Position numbers and translations under genes: made by a program. Source: Sedimentisphaerales bacterium (GTDB lineage Bacteria; Planctomycetota; Phycisphaerae; Sedimentisphaerales; SM23-30). Taken from it: a stretch of 64,000 bases of DNA. The notes beneath the pieces were generated by a model. It ran no database searches and had not been told where the DNA came from. It saw only the letters and a list, made by a program, of their open reading frames with translations. Below are positions 30,091 through 39,772 of the stretch, one piece after another (position 1 is the first letter of the stretch; the number at the start of each line of letters is the position of its first letter). The DNA lies in the NCBI GenBank assembly GCA_963663805.2, contig CAXXMR010000027.1, positions 64,001 through 128,000 on the forward strand. Reading direction: 5' to 3'.

Positions 30091-30360
30091 ATGAAATATA
30101 TTTTCGCCTTTATTGCCGGCCTGATAATGTTCTTCGCCACCACTTTCCTGACAGGAATGGGGTTTAGTGTCTTGCTGCCGGAGAGTTTTAACGGCCATTT
30201 CATCACACTCAACGCTATTGAGGTTAATATTCCTGGGATTGTTGGGATTATCCTCGGCGGGCTGGTAGCGACCAGCACTTTCCGGGCCTCATTAACCGCT
30301 AAAACCGGCAAGCTCTATCGCCCCAAAGAAGATAGCGAGAATCACACGCAGCAGCCGTAA
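30091..30360 (+). CDS. small two-TM membrane protein, function unknown
   Basis: Two hydrophobic segments; AAGGT before ATG 30091. Confidence 0.6.
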   Translation: MKYIFAFIAGLIMFFATTFLTGMGFSVLLPESFNGHFITLNAIEVNIPGIVGIILGGLVATSTFRASLTAKTGKLYRPKEDSENHTQQP

Positions 30361-30403
30361 CAGGATAAGAATACAAATCTGCCCGAATAAATCAGGAGCA
30401 GGC

Positions 30404-30928
30404 GTGCTGGAGTTTATTACCGACAGAGAGATATACGAACAGGTAATCTGTGAACAGGTGACACGGGCCCGCGATTTCGCCTGGATCGCCACAGCCGACA
30501 TAAAAGATATGTATGTCGAAAAAAACGGACGAAAGGTCCCGTTTCTGGAAATCCTTTCCGATCTGGTCGGTAATAACGTTGAACTGCGATTACTCCACGC
30601 CAAAGAGCCCGGCCCAGCCTTTAGGGAGGACTTCGACCGATACCCCAATTTGCTAAACGGACTGGAGAGAATTTTATGCCCCCGTGTACACTTCAAATCC
30701 GTAATCCTTGACGGCCGATTCGCCTATACCGGCTCAGCCAACCTCACCGGAGCAGGCATGGGTGCCAAAAGCCCAAACCGACGCAACTTTGAAAACGGCA
30801 TCATCACCGACGCCCCGGAAATCGTCGATAAAATCATGGAGCAGTTCGACCAGATTTGGCAGGGAGCAAATTGCCGGGCCTGTCAGCGTAAAAAATACTG
30901 CGCCGATTACAAAGACCTGCTCGCCTGA
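30404..30928 (+). CDS. single-domain phospholipase D superfamily protein
   Basis: HFKSVILD (HxKxxxxD), GSANLT, NFENG; C-terminal CxxCx5C; AGGAG RBS. Confidence 0.88.
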   Translation: MLEFITDREIYEQVICEQVTRARDFAWIATADIKDMYVEKNGRKVPFLEILSDLVGNNVELRLLHAKEPGPAFREDFDRYPNLLNGLERILCPRVHFKSVILDGRFAYTGSANLTGAGMGAKSPNRRNFENGIITDAPEIVDKIMEQFDQIWQGANCRACQRKKYCADYKDLLA

Positions 30929-30987
30929 TTAGTATTGCTGTTCATAGCGGAAAAAAAGCGAACAGTTAAGTCCGCCTTATTATTTGA

Positions 30988-32343
30988 CTATTCTGTTTTC
31001 GGCATTTCTACCAGATTTTCAACTTTGATAATCCGCGTACCGCTTATCGGGTCAACCTCTGCCAAGCCAATAATGGAAACATCCTTATCAACCCATCCCC
31101 CCAAATCAAGCTGGTCATGGGCTGGCACGACATAGGCTTCGATTTCGCCCTGCTTGTTGAAAATCAGGTAGCGACGATTGTCGGTAGGTGCCGTAAAAAT
31201 CGCCGAGGCCACGAGTTTGCCCTGCAAGGCCATCTCTTGGGGATTATCGGCTGAGGCACTGACCGCGACGAGACTTTCGACTCTTTCGTCAATCTTCGCC
31301 AGAGACTGAGCCAGCAGCTTATCCTGCTGCTGCGACTGCTGGACAGCCGCAACCGCCAGTTCATTACGATTGACAAGCCGGGAAAGACTGCTCAGTGACC
31401 CCTTGATTGAGGGCAGTTTGGTCTTCTCGGACAAATCGGCAATCGCCTGGCGAACAGCTGCGAAATCCTGACTTGCCAGCGGCTTGGCAATCTCGGCCTG
31501 ATAAAGTGCGACCGTGTTACGATAAAGCTTACGGTCCAGGTCAGCCTCGGTCAGCACACCCGGAGCGTGCGGGCCGTCGCCCAGAACTTTTTCTCTGGCG
31601 GCATTGACGTATTCCCGAATTGCGTCTTTGTCAGCCCCGCCGGTCCGTTCGATAAAATCCAGTGCCACCCAGAAATAAGTGTCCGGCGGACAGACAATTT
31701 CGTAATATTCATCGCGTTCACCAATAATATGTACCAAATCGCCCTTGTTCAGCTTGGTCTGGACCACATCGGCATTTGCCGGCGGAACCTTGATGCTGCC
31801 CGCCCGAACCCGGACATTCTCACCTGTAATCACGCCGAGCTTAGTCGCTTTTGTCGCTTCTTCGGCCTCTGCCGCAGCGGGCATATCTTTGATTTCTACA
31901 AACTGTTTGGCGATATAACTGAAACATTCGGGGGTAGGATAAATCTGGGCAAAACCCTGCTTAACGTTATTAACAATAACGCTGCTGCCCTTTTTCAGCT
32001 GCCCCACCGGGTAGTAAATGGTTGCAGGCCCCGTGCGAATATTCACATCGTCACCGATAATACGAGCCATAAAAGCAGACGCAGCAGGGACTTCCGCGAC
32101 ATCGGCATCCTCAGTCGGCTCAGGAACCTGAACTTCCTCAACCGGTCGCTCTGCGGCCGTTTCTTTGTTCTCAGCCACAGGGTTAGATGGAGTCTTGACC
32201 GTTGGCGGAATGATTTCCTGCTCCTGATTCTCGACTACCGGAGCGATCTTATCCTCGGTCTGAGCTGGACAAACAGAAACACCAATCACAAAAATAACCG
32301 TAACCGCCATAGCTGACAGATATTTAATACGATGGGTAAACAT
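30988..32343 (-). CDS. secreted protein with two bacterial SH3 domains and a coiled-coil region
   Basis: Signal peptide; DDVNIRTGP and ENVRVRAG SH3b signatures; GGAGA before ATG 32343. Confidence 0.82.
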   Translation of the reverse strand: MFTHRIKYLSAMAVTVIFVIGVSVCPAQTEDKIAPVVENQEQEIIPPTVKTPSNPVAENKETAAERPVEEVQVPEPTEDADVAEVPAASAFMARIIGDDVNIRTGPATIYYPVGQLKKGSSVIVNNVKQGFAQIYPTPECFSYIAKQFVEIKDMPAAAEAEEATKATKLGVITGENVRVRAGSIKVPPANADVVQTKLNKGDLVHIIGERDEYYEIVCPPDTYFWVALDFIERTGGADKDAIREYVNAAREKVLGDGPHAPGVLTEADLDRKLYRNTVALYQAEIAKPLASQDFAAVRQAIADLSEKTKLPSIKGSLSSLSRLVNRNELAVAAVQQSQQQDKLLAQSLAKIDERVESLVAVSASADNPQEMALQGKLVASAIFTAPTDNRRYLIFNKQGEIEAYVVPAHDQLDLGGWVDKDVSIIGLAEVDPISGTRIIKVENLVEMPKTE

Positions 32344-32369
32344 GAGCGTATCTCCCGGGGTAAATGAAA

Positions 32370-32396
32370 TAAAGCCACTTTTTCGCAAGCCGATAA
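32370..32396 (+). promoter_or_regulatory. sigma28 (FliA-type) promoter consensus
   Basis: Exact TAAA-N15-GCCGATAA. Confidence 0.6.
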
Positions 32397-32423
32397 CATA
32401 ACCTATCAGAGTAAGATTGTCAA
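32395..32423 (-). promoter_or_regulatory. sigma70-type promoter for the SH3 gene
   Basis: TTGACA-N17-TATGTT on the minus strand. Confidence 0.55.
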
Positions 32424-32500
32424 TCATTATACAGGACAGGGCCAATGTCGTGCGTCATTATGAATACTCGCCCTTCGGCAACGAGACCTATGTCGCTGAT
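32423..32500 (+). pseudogene. RHS repeat-associated core fragment
   Basis: Translates IIIQDRANVVRHYEYSPFGNETYV, matching the RHS core pattern VVxxYxYxPFG; no full gene present. Confidence 0.5.
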
Positions 32501-32598
32501 AGTGTAGCAAAGGGAGATACAATGGCTGGCTTCTTGTTCAAAACTTTAAGGATTCTCACCGGCAGTAATCAAAAAAAACTAAAATCATAAAAATTCTC

Positions 32599-32626
32599 TT
32601 GATTTGGTAAGGCGTTCGACTATAAT
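32599..32626 (+). promoter_or_regulatory. sigma70-type promoter for the PEP-CTERM gene
   Basis: TTGATT-N16-TATAAT. Confidence 0.5.
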
Positions 32627-32767
32627 CAGGACGTGTTGTGAGGTTCTTTTATGTGCCTTGCTGGTGTTGTGTGCAATAAGTGCCGTATTTGTGTGTGGTT
32701 ACGGTTTCTTTGGAATTAAATATACTGGCAGTTTTCTGCCGAATTTACGAAATCAGGAGGAAATGTT

Positions 32768-33217
32768 ATGAAGAAATTGCTTCTGGGGGTTGTACTAGCT
32801 CTTGCTTTGGTCGCTGTTCCTGCTTATGGTTTTCAGGCTGCCACGTCGATTACTATTTGTAAGGTGACTCCCGAAAACCCCAACAGTACGGAGTTGTTTT
32901 CGTTTACGGGTTGCTGGTTTGACACCGGCGATACTCTCGAATTGGGTAACGGCGATTGTGAGACCTACGAATTGGATCCCGGTTGCTACACAATTATCGA
33001 GTTGATTCCGGCTGGCTGGCAGCTTGATTCGATAACTGTTTCGCCAAATCAGCCGGATGCAGTTATTGCTCTTGCTCAGGGTTTGGTAGTTGTGAATCTT
33101 GAGTTGGATGAAAATATCATAATTACCTACAGTAATTCAGTAGTTCCAGAGCCAGCGACAGTTGGTTTCTTGACTTTGGGCAGCTTAATGTTCATTCGTC
33201 GTCGTAAAGCTAAGTAA
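32768..33217 (+). CDS. small PEP-CTERM protein with one CnaB/prealbumin-like domain
   Basis: Signal peptide, ITICK..PGCYTIIE..PAGW..ITYSN, VPEPATVGFLTLGSLMFIRRRK; AGGAGG RBS. Confidence 0.88.
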   Translation: MKKLLLGVVLALALVAVPAYGFQAATSITICKVTPENPNSTELFSFTGCWFDTGDTLELGNGDCETYELDPGCYTIIELIPAGWQLDSITVSPNQPDAVIALAQGLVVVNLELDENIIITYSNSVVPEPATVGFLTLGSLMFIRRRKAK

Positions 33218-33246
33218 CATACTGTAAAATAAGTAGTTTATCAATT

Positions 33247-33299
33247 CTGCCCGCATGGATCCCTGTTAATTCGGGGCTCGATGCGGGCAGTTTTTTTTT
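33247..33299 (+). terminator. intrinsic terminator
   Basis: CTGCCCGCAT...ATGCGGGCAG followed by T9. Confidence 0.88.
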
Positions 33300-33449
33300 G
33301 GGCTTTTCGGGGGCTTTTCCACCATTATTGTTAAATATGTCAAGATAGGTAATTTGGTCCTGTTAAAATGCGTAGTTTGCCTATATTGCCCTGTGGTTTG
33401 TAGTAAACTAACAGAACCAATAGTGAATTAACAAATCCTGCCAAGTCGT

Positions 33450-33478
33450 TTGACAGTACTGATATTGGGTGGTATACT
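33450..33478 (+). promoter_or_regulatory. sigma70 promoter for dnaG-rpoD
   Basis: TTGACA-N17-TATACT. Confidence 0.75.
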
Positions 33479-33550
33479 TTCGTGATTTAAGAGATATTGA
33501 GAAGTTGTTGGCGTTCTCCACGAGGGGCGATTGTATAGAAGAAGGAAGCT

Positions 33551-35374
33551 GTGCCTAAGTATTTTGACCAGAATCATATCAATCAGATTCTGCAGGTCGT
33601 GGACATAGTCGAATTGGTGAGCAGTTATGTATCTTTGGCCCGCAGAGGCCGGGAGATGGTCGGGCTTTGTCCGTTCCATGATGACGGCAAGCCTTCGATG
33701 TATGTCAGCCCCACAAAGCAGATATTCAAGTGCTTTGCCTGTGGTACAGGTGGCAACGCGATAACCTTTTTGATGCGTCGTGAGCAGATGTCTTTTCCGG
33801 AGGCGGTTATTCTTCTGGCAGAGAGACACGGTATATCCCTGCCGGAAAAGGAAATTCAGCATGAGGAAGGTCTCGCCGACCGTAACACGCTGGAGCGTGT
33901 CAATCGTTGGGCGGCCCGTTTCTTTCGCAGTCGGCTGGAAGATGAACAGGCAGGCGTCTCGGCGCGTGAGTATATACGCAGTCGCAAAATCAGCGCAGAT
34001 TCAGTGCGGCGTTTCGGGCTGGGCCTGGCTTTGACCGATTGGGAAGTTATGGTAAAGGCCGCCACAGACGATGGTGTTGACCTGAATCAGCTGAGCCAGT
34101 TGGGTTTGGTTATCAAACGTGATTCGGGTGGTTTTTATGATAGGTTTCGTGACCGGCTGATTTTTCCGGTGATTGACGCTCTGGGGCGAATAATCGCTTT
34201 TGGCGGCAGGACGCTGGGCGACGACCCGGCGAAGTACCTCAATAGTCCGGAAAGCGTGCTGTTTGACAAGAGCCGTTCGTTATACGGATTGAACTTTGCC
34301 AAAGATGCCATCGTAAAGACACGTACAGCGGTAGTGGTTGAAGGTTATACCGACACCATTATGGCTCACCAGTACGAATTGAATAATGTGGTTGCCACGC
34401 TGGGCACGTCTTTGACTTCGGAACATGCTCGTGTGCTTTCGCGGTATGCAGACCGGATAATTCTGGTTTTTGATTCGGACGATGCTGGTCGCAAGGCGGC
34501 TGACCGTGCGATAGAGATATTTTTTGAACAGCAGATAGAGGTTAAAATCGCGACCCTTCCGGAAGGCAGTGACCCCGGTGATTTTCTGCCGGCGTATGGC
34601 CGTGAGGCTTTTGAAGAACATTTGGCTGGCGCGGTGGACGCGTTGGATTATAAATGGCGTAATACTCTGGCGCGGCTGGAGAGCGCTGATACAATTAACG
34701 GGCGCAAACAGGCGGTGACGGAATTTTTGGGTACTATTTCAGCGGCTTTTGGCCGGGGCACTATGGACGGTATCGCTCGCGGTTTTCTGCTGAATCATGT
34801 CGCTCAGCTGATTAGCATTCCGACTGACGAAGTGGGCCGAATGGTGCGGGGCCTGGACCGTCGCGGCGGTCGCCCCAACGCGGGCAAAACCCAGCCGGTA
34901 TTACGGCAGGGCAGTGGTCGAATCCTGAACGGCAGGTCGCGGGCTCATCGTGAGATTCTGGAAGTGCTGTTGAATCAGCCCCAGTTTTTTCCGGCCGTGG
35001 CGGAAGTTATCCCTGACCCGACCGAGGAGATTAGTGAGCCGGTCCTTTTGGGCGCGGCAGATATAATTTGGAATTTTTATCGGGAGAACCCCGAAGGTAA
35101 TTTGGCCCAGCTTTTGGCCCGCTGCCAGAGCCCGGAGATGGCCGTGGTCATAACCGATTTAGCGGCCGCGGGCGAAGAACGGGAGAATTATATAAATACG
35201 CTGAATGGCGCATTGGAAAATATTAAGAGGCTTCGTGAGGAAAACACTCGCCAGGCGATAAAGCAGATGGCGGTAGGCGAGGCCCAGCAGTTTGGCCCGG
35301 AGGCTCAAGCGGCAATGTTGCGGGACTACCAATCGCAATTCCGGCCCGACCCACGCCGGATCGGGGTACGTTGA
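33551..35374 (+). CDS. dnaG: DNA primase
   Basis: CPFH..CFAC zinc finger, DRFRDRLIFP, KYLNSPE, EGYTD, FDSDDAG Toprim motifs. Confidence 0.97.
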   Translation: MPKYFDQNHINQILQVVDIVELVSSYVSLARRGREMVGLCPFHDDGKPSMYVSPTKQIFKCFACGTGGNAITFLMRREQMSFPEAVILLAERHGISLPEKEIQHEEGLADRNTLERVNRWAARFFRSRLEDEQAGVSAREYIRSRKISADSVRRFGLGLALTDWEVMVKAATDDGVDLNQLSQLGLVIKRDSGGFYDRFRDRLIFPVIDALGRIIAFGGRTLGDDPAKYLNSPESVLFDKSRSLYGLNFAKDAIVKTRTAVVVEGYTDTIMAHQYELNNVVATLGTSLTSEHARVLSRYADRIILVFDSDDAGRKAADRAIEIFFEQQIEVKIATLPEGSDPGDFLPAYGREAFEEHLAGAVDALDYKWRNTLARLESADTINGRKQAVTEFLGTISAAFGRGTMDGIARGFLLNHVAQLISIPTDEVGRMVRGLDRRGGRPNAGKTQPVLRQGSGRILNGRSRAHREILEVLLNQPQFFPAVAEVIPDPTEEISEPVLLGAADIIWNFYRENPEGNLAQLLARCQSPEMAVVITDLAAAGEERENYINTLNGALENIKRLREENTRQAIKQMAVGEAQQFGPEAQAAMLRDYQSQFRPDPRRIGVR

Positions 35375-35416
35375 ATTGACGTTGTAATTATATTCGTTAT
35401 TTAGACATACTAAACC

Positions 35417-37222
35417 ATGTTGACAGGGAGTCAAAACTTGACGGCAGAAACCAAAATACCCAATGATAATAATGAAGTAGTGGCCCAGCAGGCTCCGGCC
35501 CAAGACTCTATCGCCGAGAAGCTCGCGAAAAATCAGGTGCTCGATGAAAATCTTCGGGCTCTGATTCAAAAATCAAAAGACCGTGGTTTCCTTACCTATG
35601 AGGAAATGAACGAAAAACTTCCTGATGATAATATTTCCCCGGAGCGGCTGGACAGTCTGTTGATGACTCTGGACGACCTGGGTATCGAACTGATTGACGA
35701 AGCCGACCTGGAGTCTCGTCAGGCATCCAAAGGTGATGATGACGATGATGATATGGATTCCCAGGATGAGCAGTTGGAGAAAGACCTGAGTGTATCTGAG
35801 CCGGAGCGTCGTACCGATGACCCGGTGCGGATGTATCTGACTCAGATGGGTGAAATTCCGTTGCTCAAGCGTGAAGATGAAATCGCTCTGGCCAAGAAAA
35901 TTGAGCTGACTCGCATGGCTTTCCGCCGTAAAGTGCTGGAAAGTGATTTTGCCATGACGCATGTCGTTTCGATTCTGGAGCAGGTGCAGCAGGGTGCTTT
36001 GCCTTTTGATCGTACGATGCGGATTTCGACTCCGGCTGCCAAGGCGACGACCCTGCGTCGCATGCCGGCGAACCTGGAAACGATTCACCGGATAATGGAT
36101 GTCAATCAGCAGTTGTTCCGCCAGATTCATGAAGAAGCGGACCCGGCGTCCCGTAAGGTTCTGGAAAAGCAGCTTCATCGTCGTCGTCGTCATGTCGCGA
36201 CTCTGATTGAAGAACTGGCTGTTCGTACCAGCCGTATCCAGCCGGTAATGGGCAAGCTGAGCAATATTTTACGTAAGATGTGCCGTTTGCAGCGTAATAT
36301 CGCTGACCCCAAGGCAGAAAGACTTACTGAAGACGACGTGATGGTTGTCCAGGAAGAGCTGGAAGGCTTGATGGGACTGGCGTTGGAAACCCCTGAGCAG
36401 TTGGAAGATCGCTGTCGTTCGATACGTCGTATTTTCGCGGAATACGAATCTGCCAAGCGGAAACTTTCCGGCGGTAATTTGCGTTTGGTGGTTTCAATTG
36501 CTAAAAAATATCGTAATCGGGGCCTGAGTTTTCTGGACATTATTCAGGAAGGCAATACCGGCCTGATGCGGGCGGTTGACAAATATGAATATCGTCGCGG
36601 TTATAAATTCAGTACCTATGCGACCTGGTGGATTCGGCAGGCCATAACTCGTGCCATCGCCGACCATGCCCGGACTATTCGTATCCCGGTACACATGATT
36701 GAGACCATGAGCCGCCTGCGGAATATCAGCAAGAAACTTCAGCAGGAATTCGGTTCCGAGCCTTCGATTGAGGAAATCGCCCAGCAGGCCGACATGCCCA
36801 TTAGCGAAGTTCGGCGGGTAATGAAAATCGCCCGTCATCCTATCAGTCTGGATAGGCCGGTAGGCGAGTCGGAGGACAGTTATTTTGGCGATTTTATCGA
36901 AGATGATTCCGCTGAGTCGCCGGTAATGGCTGCTACGCAGGAAATGCTCAAGGATAAAATTGATGCCGTTCTGCGGACACTGACCTATCGTGAGCGTGAG
37001 ATTATCAAACTTCGCTACGGTATTGGCGATGGCTATACTTATACTCTGGAAGAAGTTGGTCGGATATTCAAAGTGACCCGCGAGCGTGTTCGTCAGGTCG
37101 AAGCCAAAGCTATTCGTAAGCTTCAGCACCCCGTCCGGGCGCGCAAACTGGAAGGTTTCCTGGACCAGAATCAGGATATTTTGCCCGACTTTGAGGACAA
37201 CGAAGAGGATGACGATATCTAG
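35417..37222 (+). CDS. rpoD: RNA polymerase primary sigma factor
   Basis: Region 1.1, [42 protein letters not shown]. Confidence 0.97.
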   Translation: MLTGSQNLTAETKIPNDNNEVVAQQAPAQDSIAEKLAKNQVLDENLRALIQKSKDRGFLTYEEMNEKLPDDNISPERLDSLLMTLDDLGIELIDEADLESRQASKGDDDDDDMDSQDEQLEKDLSVSEPERRTDDPVRMYLTQMGEIPLLKREDEIALAKKIELTRMAFRRKVLESDFAMTHVVSILEQVQQGALPFDRTMRISTPAAKATTLRRMPANLETIHRIMDVNQQLFRQIHEEADPASRKVLEKQLHRRRRHVATLIEELAVRTSRIQPVMGKLSNILRKMCRLQRNIADPKAERLTEDDVMVVQEELEGLMGLALETPEQLEDRCRSIRRIFAEYESAKRKLSGGNLRLVVSIAKKYRNRGLSFLDIIQEGNTGLMRAVDKYEYRRGYKFSTYATWWIRQAITRAIADHARTIRIPVHMIETMSRLRNISKKLQQEFGSEPSIEEIAQQADMPISEVRRVMKIARHPISLDRPVGESEDSYFGDFIEDDSAESPVMAATQEMLKDKIDAVLRTLTYREREIIKLRYGIGDGYTYTLEEVGRIFKVTRERVRQVEAKAIRKLQHPVRARKLEGFLDQNQDILPDFEDNEEDDDI

Positions 37223-37272
37223 TTCTGAGTTTTTTGGGGAACGGTGAATTCCCAAAAATATATAGATGACAG

Positions 37273-37309
37273 AAGGCAGGTCGCCCATCTGAGGCGCCTG
37301 CCTTTTTTT
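37273..37309 (+). terminator. intrinsic terminator
   Basis: AAGGCAGG...CCTGCCTTTTTTT. Confidence 0.85.
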
Positions 37310-37412
37310 ATGTCCCAATACCGTGAACGCTTACCAAAAATGAAGGTTGCACATCGGCCCATCCTCGACTAAAAAGGAGAGGTAGGAAAGAACCCTGTTA
37401 AGGAAGCCCAAA

Positions 37413-39707
37413 ATGAAGAAATTTGCTATTCTAATCTCCCTTTTGTTGACCATGACCGCTGTTGCGGTACATACCGTTTATGTGGAGCACCACACCGAAG
37501 AAGCCCTCAAGGGCGGCGACCCAAACGGTACACTTATAAACTCCCAGGGTGAAATCAGCCTGGCCTATGATTCGACGATGCTGATGGATGACCCCTGCGA
37601 TACCTGGCTGGTGAACGATATGGTGGGTGGGTTGGATGGCGGGGTTTATCTTGCCACCAGTGGCCGGGGTTTTATTTTTAAGGTCAGTGCCAGCGGCGAG
37701 CGGCAGATGATATACGAGCCGGTCGGTGACGGCCCGGTGCATGTTTTCAGTCTGGGCTTCGATGGCCGGGGCCGGCTGCTGGCCGGGGTGACTGCAGGAA
37801 GTGCCAAGCTGCTGAGATTTGAGAATGACGGGGCGGCGGGTGAGGAAATTTTTTGTGATGATATAGTTAATTACATCTGGTCTATTGTTACCGCACCGAA
37901 CGGTAAGGTTTATCTGGCGACAGGGCCGGAAGGTAAAGTGATTTGTCTGGAACCAGATAACGGTGTGCCGGAAGTGGTTTTTAAGGCCCCGGAAAGTAAT
38001 CTGTTGTCGTTGGCCTGGTCGCCCGATGGTAAACTCTTTGCCGGCTCTGGTGAGAATGGCTTGATTTATTGTATTGACCCGGCCTCTGGTCAGGCGGTGG
38101 TGGTTTATGATTCCGAACATGCGGAAATAAGTTCGCTGGTATTTGATGAGGCAGGCAATCTTTACGCCGCGACCGCTGATGTCGGCGCGGCTCGTCCGGG
38201 TTTGACGTTGGTACTTTCGGATAATGAATCCGGTCGAAGCCATGAGGCAATTGTCAAACGCGATGACAACAACGGCCAAACCCCGACGCGGCCGGGTGTG
38301 GAAGAAAAAAATGATAGTAACGCGGCAGAGGGGGCGGCTCAGAAAAATAATAATTTGGAAGCGGATACCAAAACTATAACTGCGCCCGGCACGACCGAAA
38401 CTGCTGACAATGGTAGTAAGAAGGAGGATGATTCTTCGGAATCTCGTTCAGCCCTGGCCCGACCGTCGATGGCAGTGCCCGGCCAACGCAGCAGTGCCAA
38501 TGATGTTTATCAGATTACCCCGGCGGGTTTTGTCAAGACCTTGTTTAGTCAGCCGGTAGCGATTATGGACATGGCCTGGGCCGGCAACGGTGAATTATTG
38601 CTGGCTACCGGCAACGAGGGTAAATTGATTTCGCTGGATGTCGATACGCTGGAGGCAATCGAACTTTACAGCACTATGCCCGCACCGCAGATTACCAGTG
38701 TGGTCATGGGCCCGGAAAGCAGTGTTTTTACGGCGACGGGTAACCCGGCTCGGCTGATTAAGCTGGATACGAGTTTTGCCCCTGAAGGTTATTACCAGAG
38801 TCCGGCTATTGACGCCAAGCAGGTATCACGCTGGGGGAACCTGATGATTGACGCGGAGATACCAGCCGGTACGAGTATTAAATTCCGCACTCGTTCGGGT
38901 AACACCGCAGAAGCCGAGAAAGGCCCCTGGAACGGATGGACTCAGGCGGAAGTGCTGGCGGATAACAATGCGATAACTTCACCGCCGGCGCGTTTTCTGC
39001 AATATAAATTGGAGTTAGGCTCGGACGGCGTGAAGACCCCGCTGGTCCGCTGCGTTAAACTGGCCTATATCACTCCTAACCTTGCCCCGAAGATTAGTAA
39101 GCTCAGTGTTGATATACCCAAAGTGGAAAAGCTGTCCGGCAACGGTAAAAAAGCGGCCCCTCAGATGTACTCGGTAAAGTGGGAAGCCGAAGATGTCAAT
39201 CAGGATGAATTAACTTACGAGGTTTATGTTAGGCCCGCACAGGCTCAGTGTTGGATTAAAATCGCTAAAGAACTCAAGACCCCGAAATATGATTTCGATG
39301 GCATGACTCTGGCCGACGGCTATTATGAGATTAAAGTAATTGCCAGTGATGCGGCGGATAACACTGGGGCCGCGACACTGACGGACGCGCGGGTGACCGG
39401 TCCGGTTCTGATAGACAATACCCCACCGGAAATCGCCAAGCTCGAGTATGATGTCGATGAGCTTAATTGCCGGATACGGGCACAGGCTAAGGATGGACTA
39501 AGCACACTGGCGGGCCTGAGCTATACGGTTAATTCCGTTGAGGAATATAAGTTTGCTTTACCGGCAGACGAAATTTTCGATGCACAGGAAGAAAAATTCG
39601 ATTTCAGCTTTGAACTGCCCGAAGCGGGTAGCTATCTGGTAACACTGATTTTCTCCGATTCATGCGGCAATAAGGTGTATCATAATTTAGTGATAACCGC
39701 CGAATAA
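37413..39707 (+). CDS. secreted beta-propeller protein with a low-complexity insert and C-terminal Ig/FN3-like domains
   Basis: Signal peptide; repeated blades (YLATG, LFAGSG, LYAAT, LLATG); TRSGNT, RFLQYK, IDNTPP. Confidence 0.7.
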   Translation: MKKFAILISLLLTMTAVAVHTVYVEHHTEEALKGGDPNGTLINSQGEISLAYDSTMLMDDPCDTWLVNDMVGGLDGGVYLATSGRGFIFKVSASGERQMIYEPVGDGPVHVFSLGFDGRGRLLAGVTAGSAKLLRFENDGAAGEEIFCDDIVNYIWSIVTAPNGKVYLATGPEGKVICLEPDNGVPEVVFKAPESNLLSLAWSPDGKLFAGSGENGLIYCIDPASGQAVVVYDSEHAEISSLVFDEAGNLYAATADVGAARPGLTLVLSDNESGRSHEAIVKRDDNNGQTPTRPGVEEKNDSNAAEGAAQKNNNLEADTKTITAPGTTETADNGSKKEDDSSESRSALARPSMAVPGQRSSANDVYQITPAGFVKTLFSQPVAIMDMAWAGNGELLLATGNEGKLISLDVDTLEAIELYSTMPAPQITSVVMGPESSVFTATGNPARLIKLDTSFAPEGYYQSPAIDAKQVSRWGNLMIDAEIPAGTSIKFRTRSGNTAEAEKGPWNGWTQAEVLADNNAITSPPARFLQYKLELGSDGVKTPLVRCVKLAYITPNLAPKISKLSVDIPKVEKLSGNGKKAAPQMYSVKWEAEDVNQDELTYEVYVRPAQAQCWIKIAKELKTPKYDFDGMTLADGYYEIKVIASDAADNTGAATLTDARVTGPVLIDNTPPEIAKLEYDVDELNCRIRAQAKDGLSTLAGLSYTVNSVEEYKFALPADEIFDAQEEKFDFSFELPEAGSYLVTLIFSDSCGNKVYHNLVITAE

Positions 39708-39754
39708 AAAAACAGGGCCGCGAATGCCATTTGGTTCGCGGCCCTGTCATTTTT
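39706..39754. terminator. bidirectional terminator between convergent genes
   Basis: ACAGGGCCGCGAA...TTCGCGGCCCTGT flanked by an A run and a T run. Confidence 0.85.
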
Positions 39755-39772
39755 GTTTGTCAAACAGAGTGG

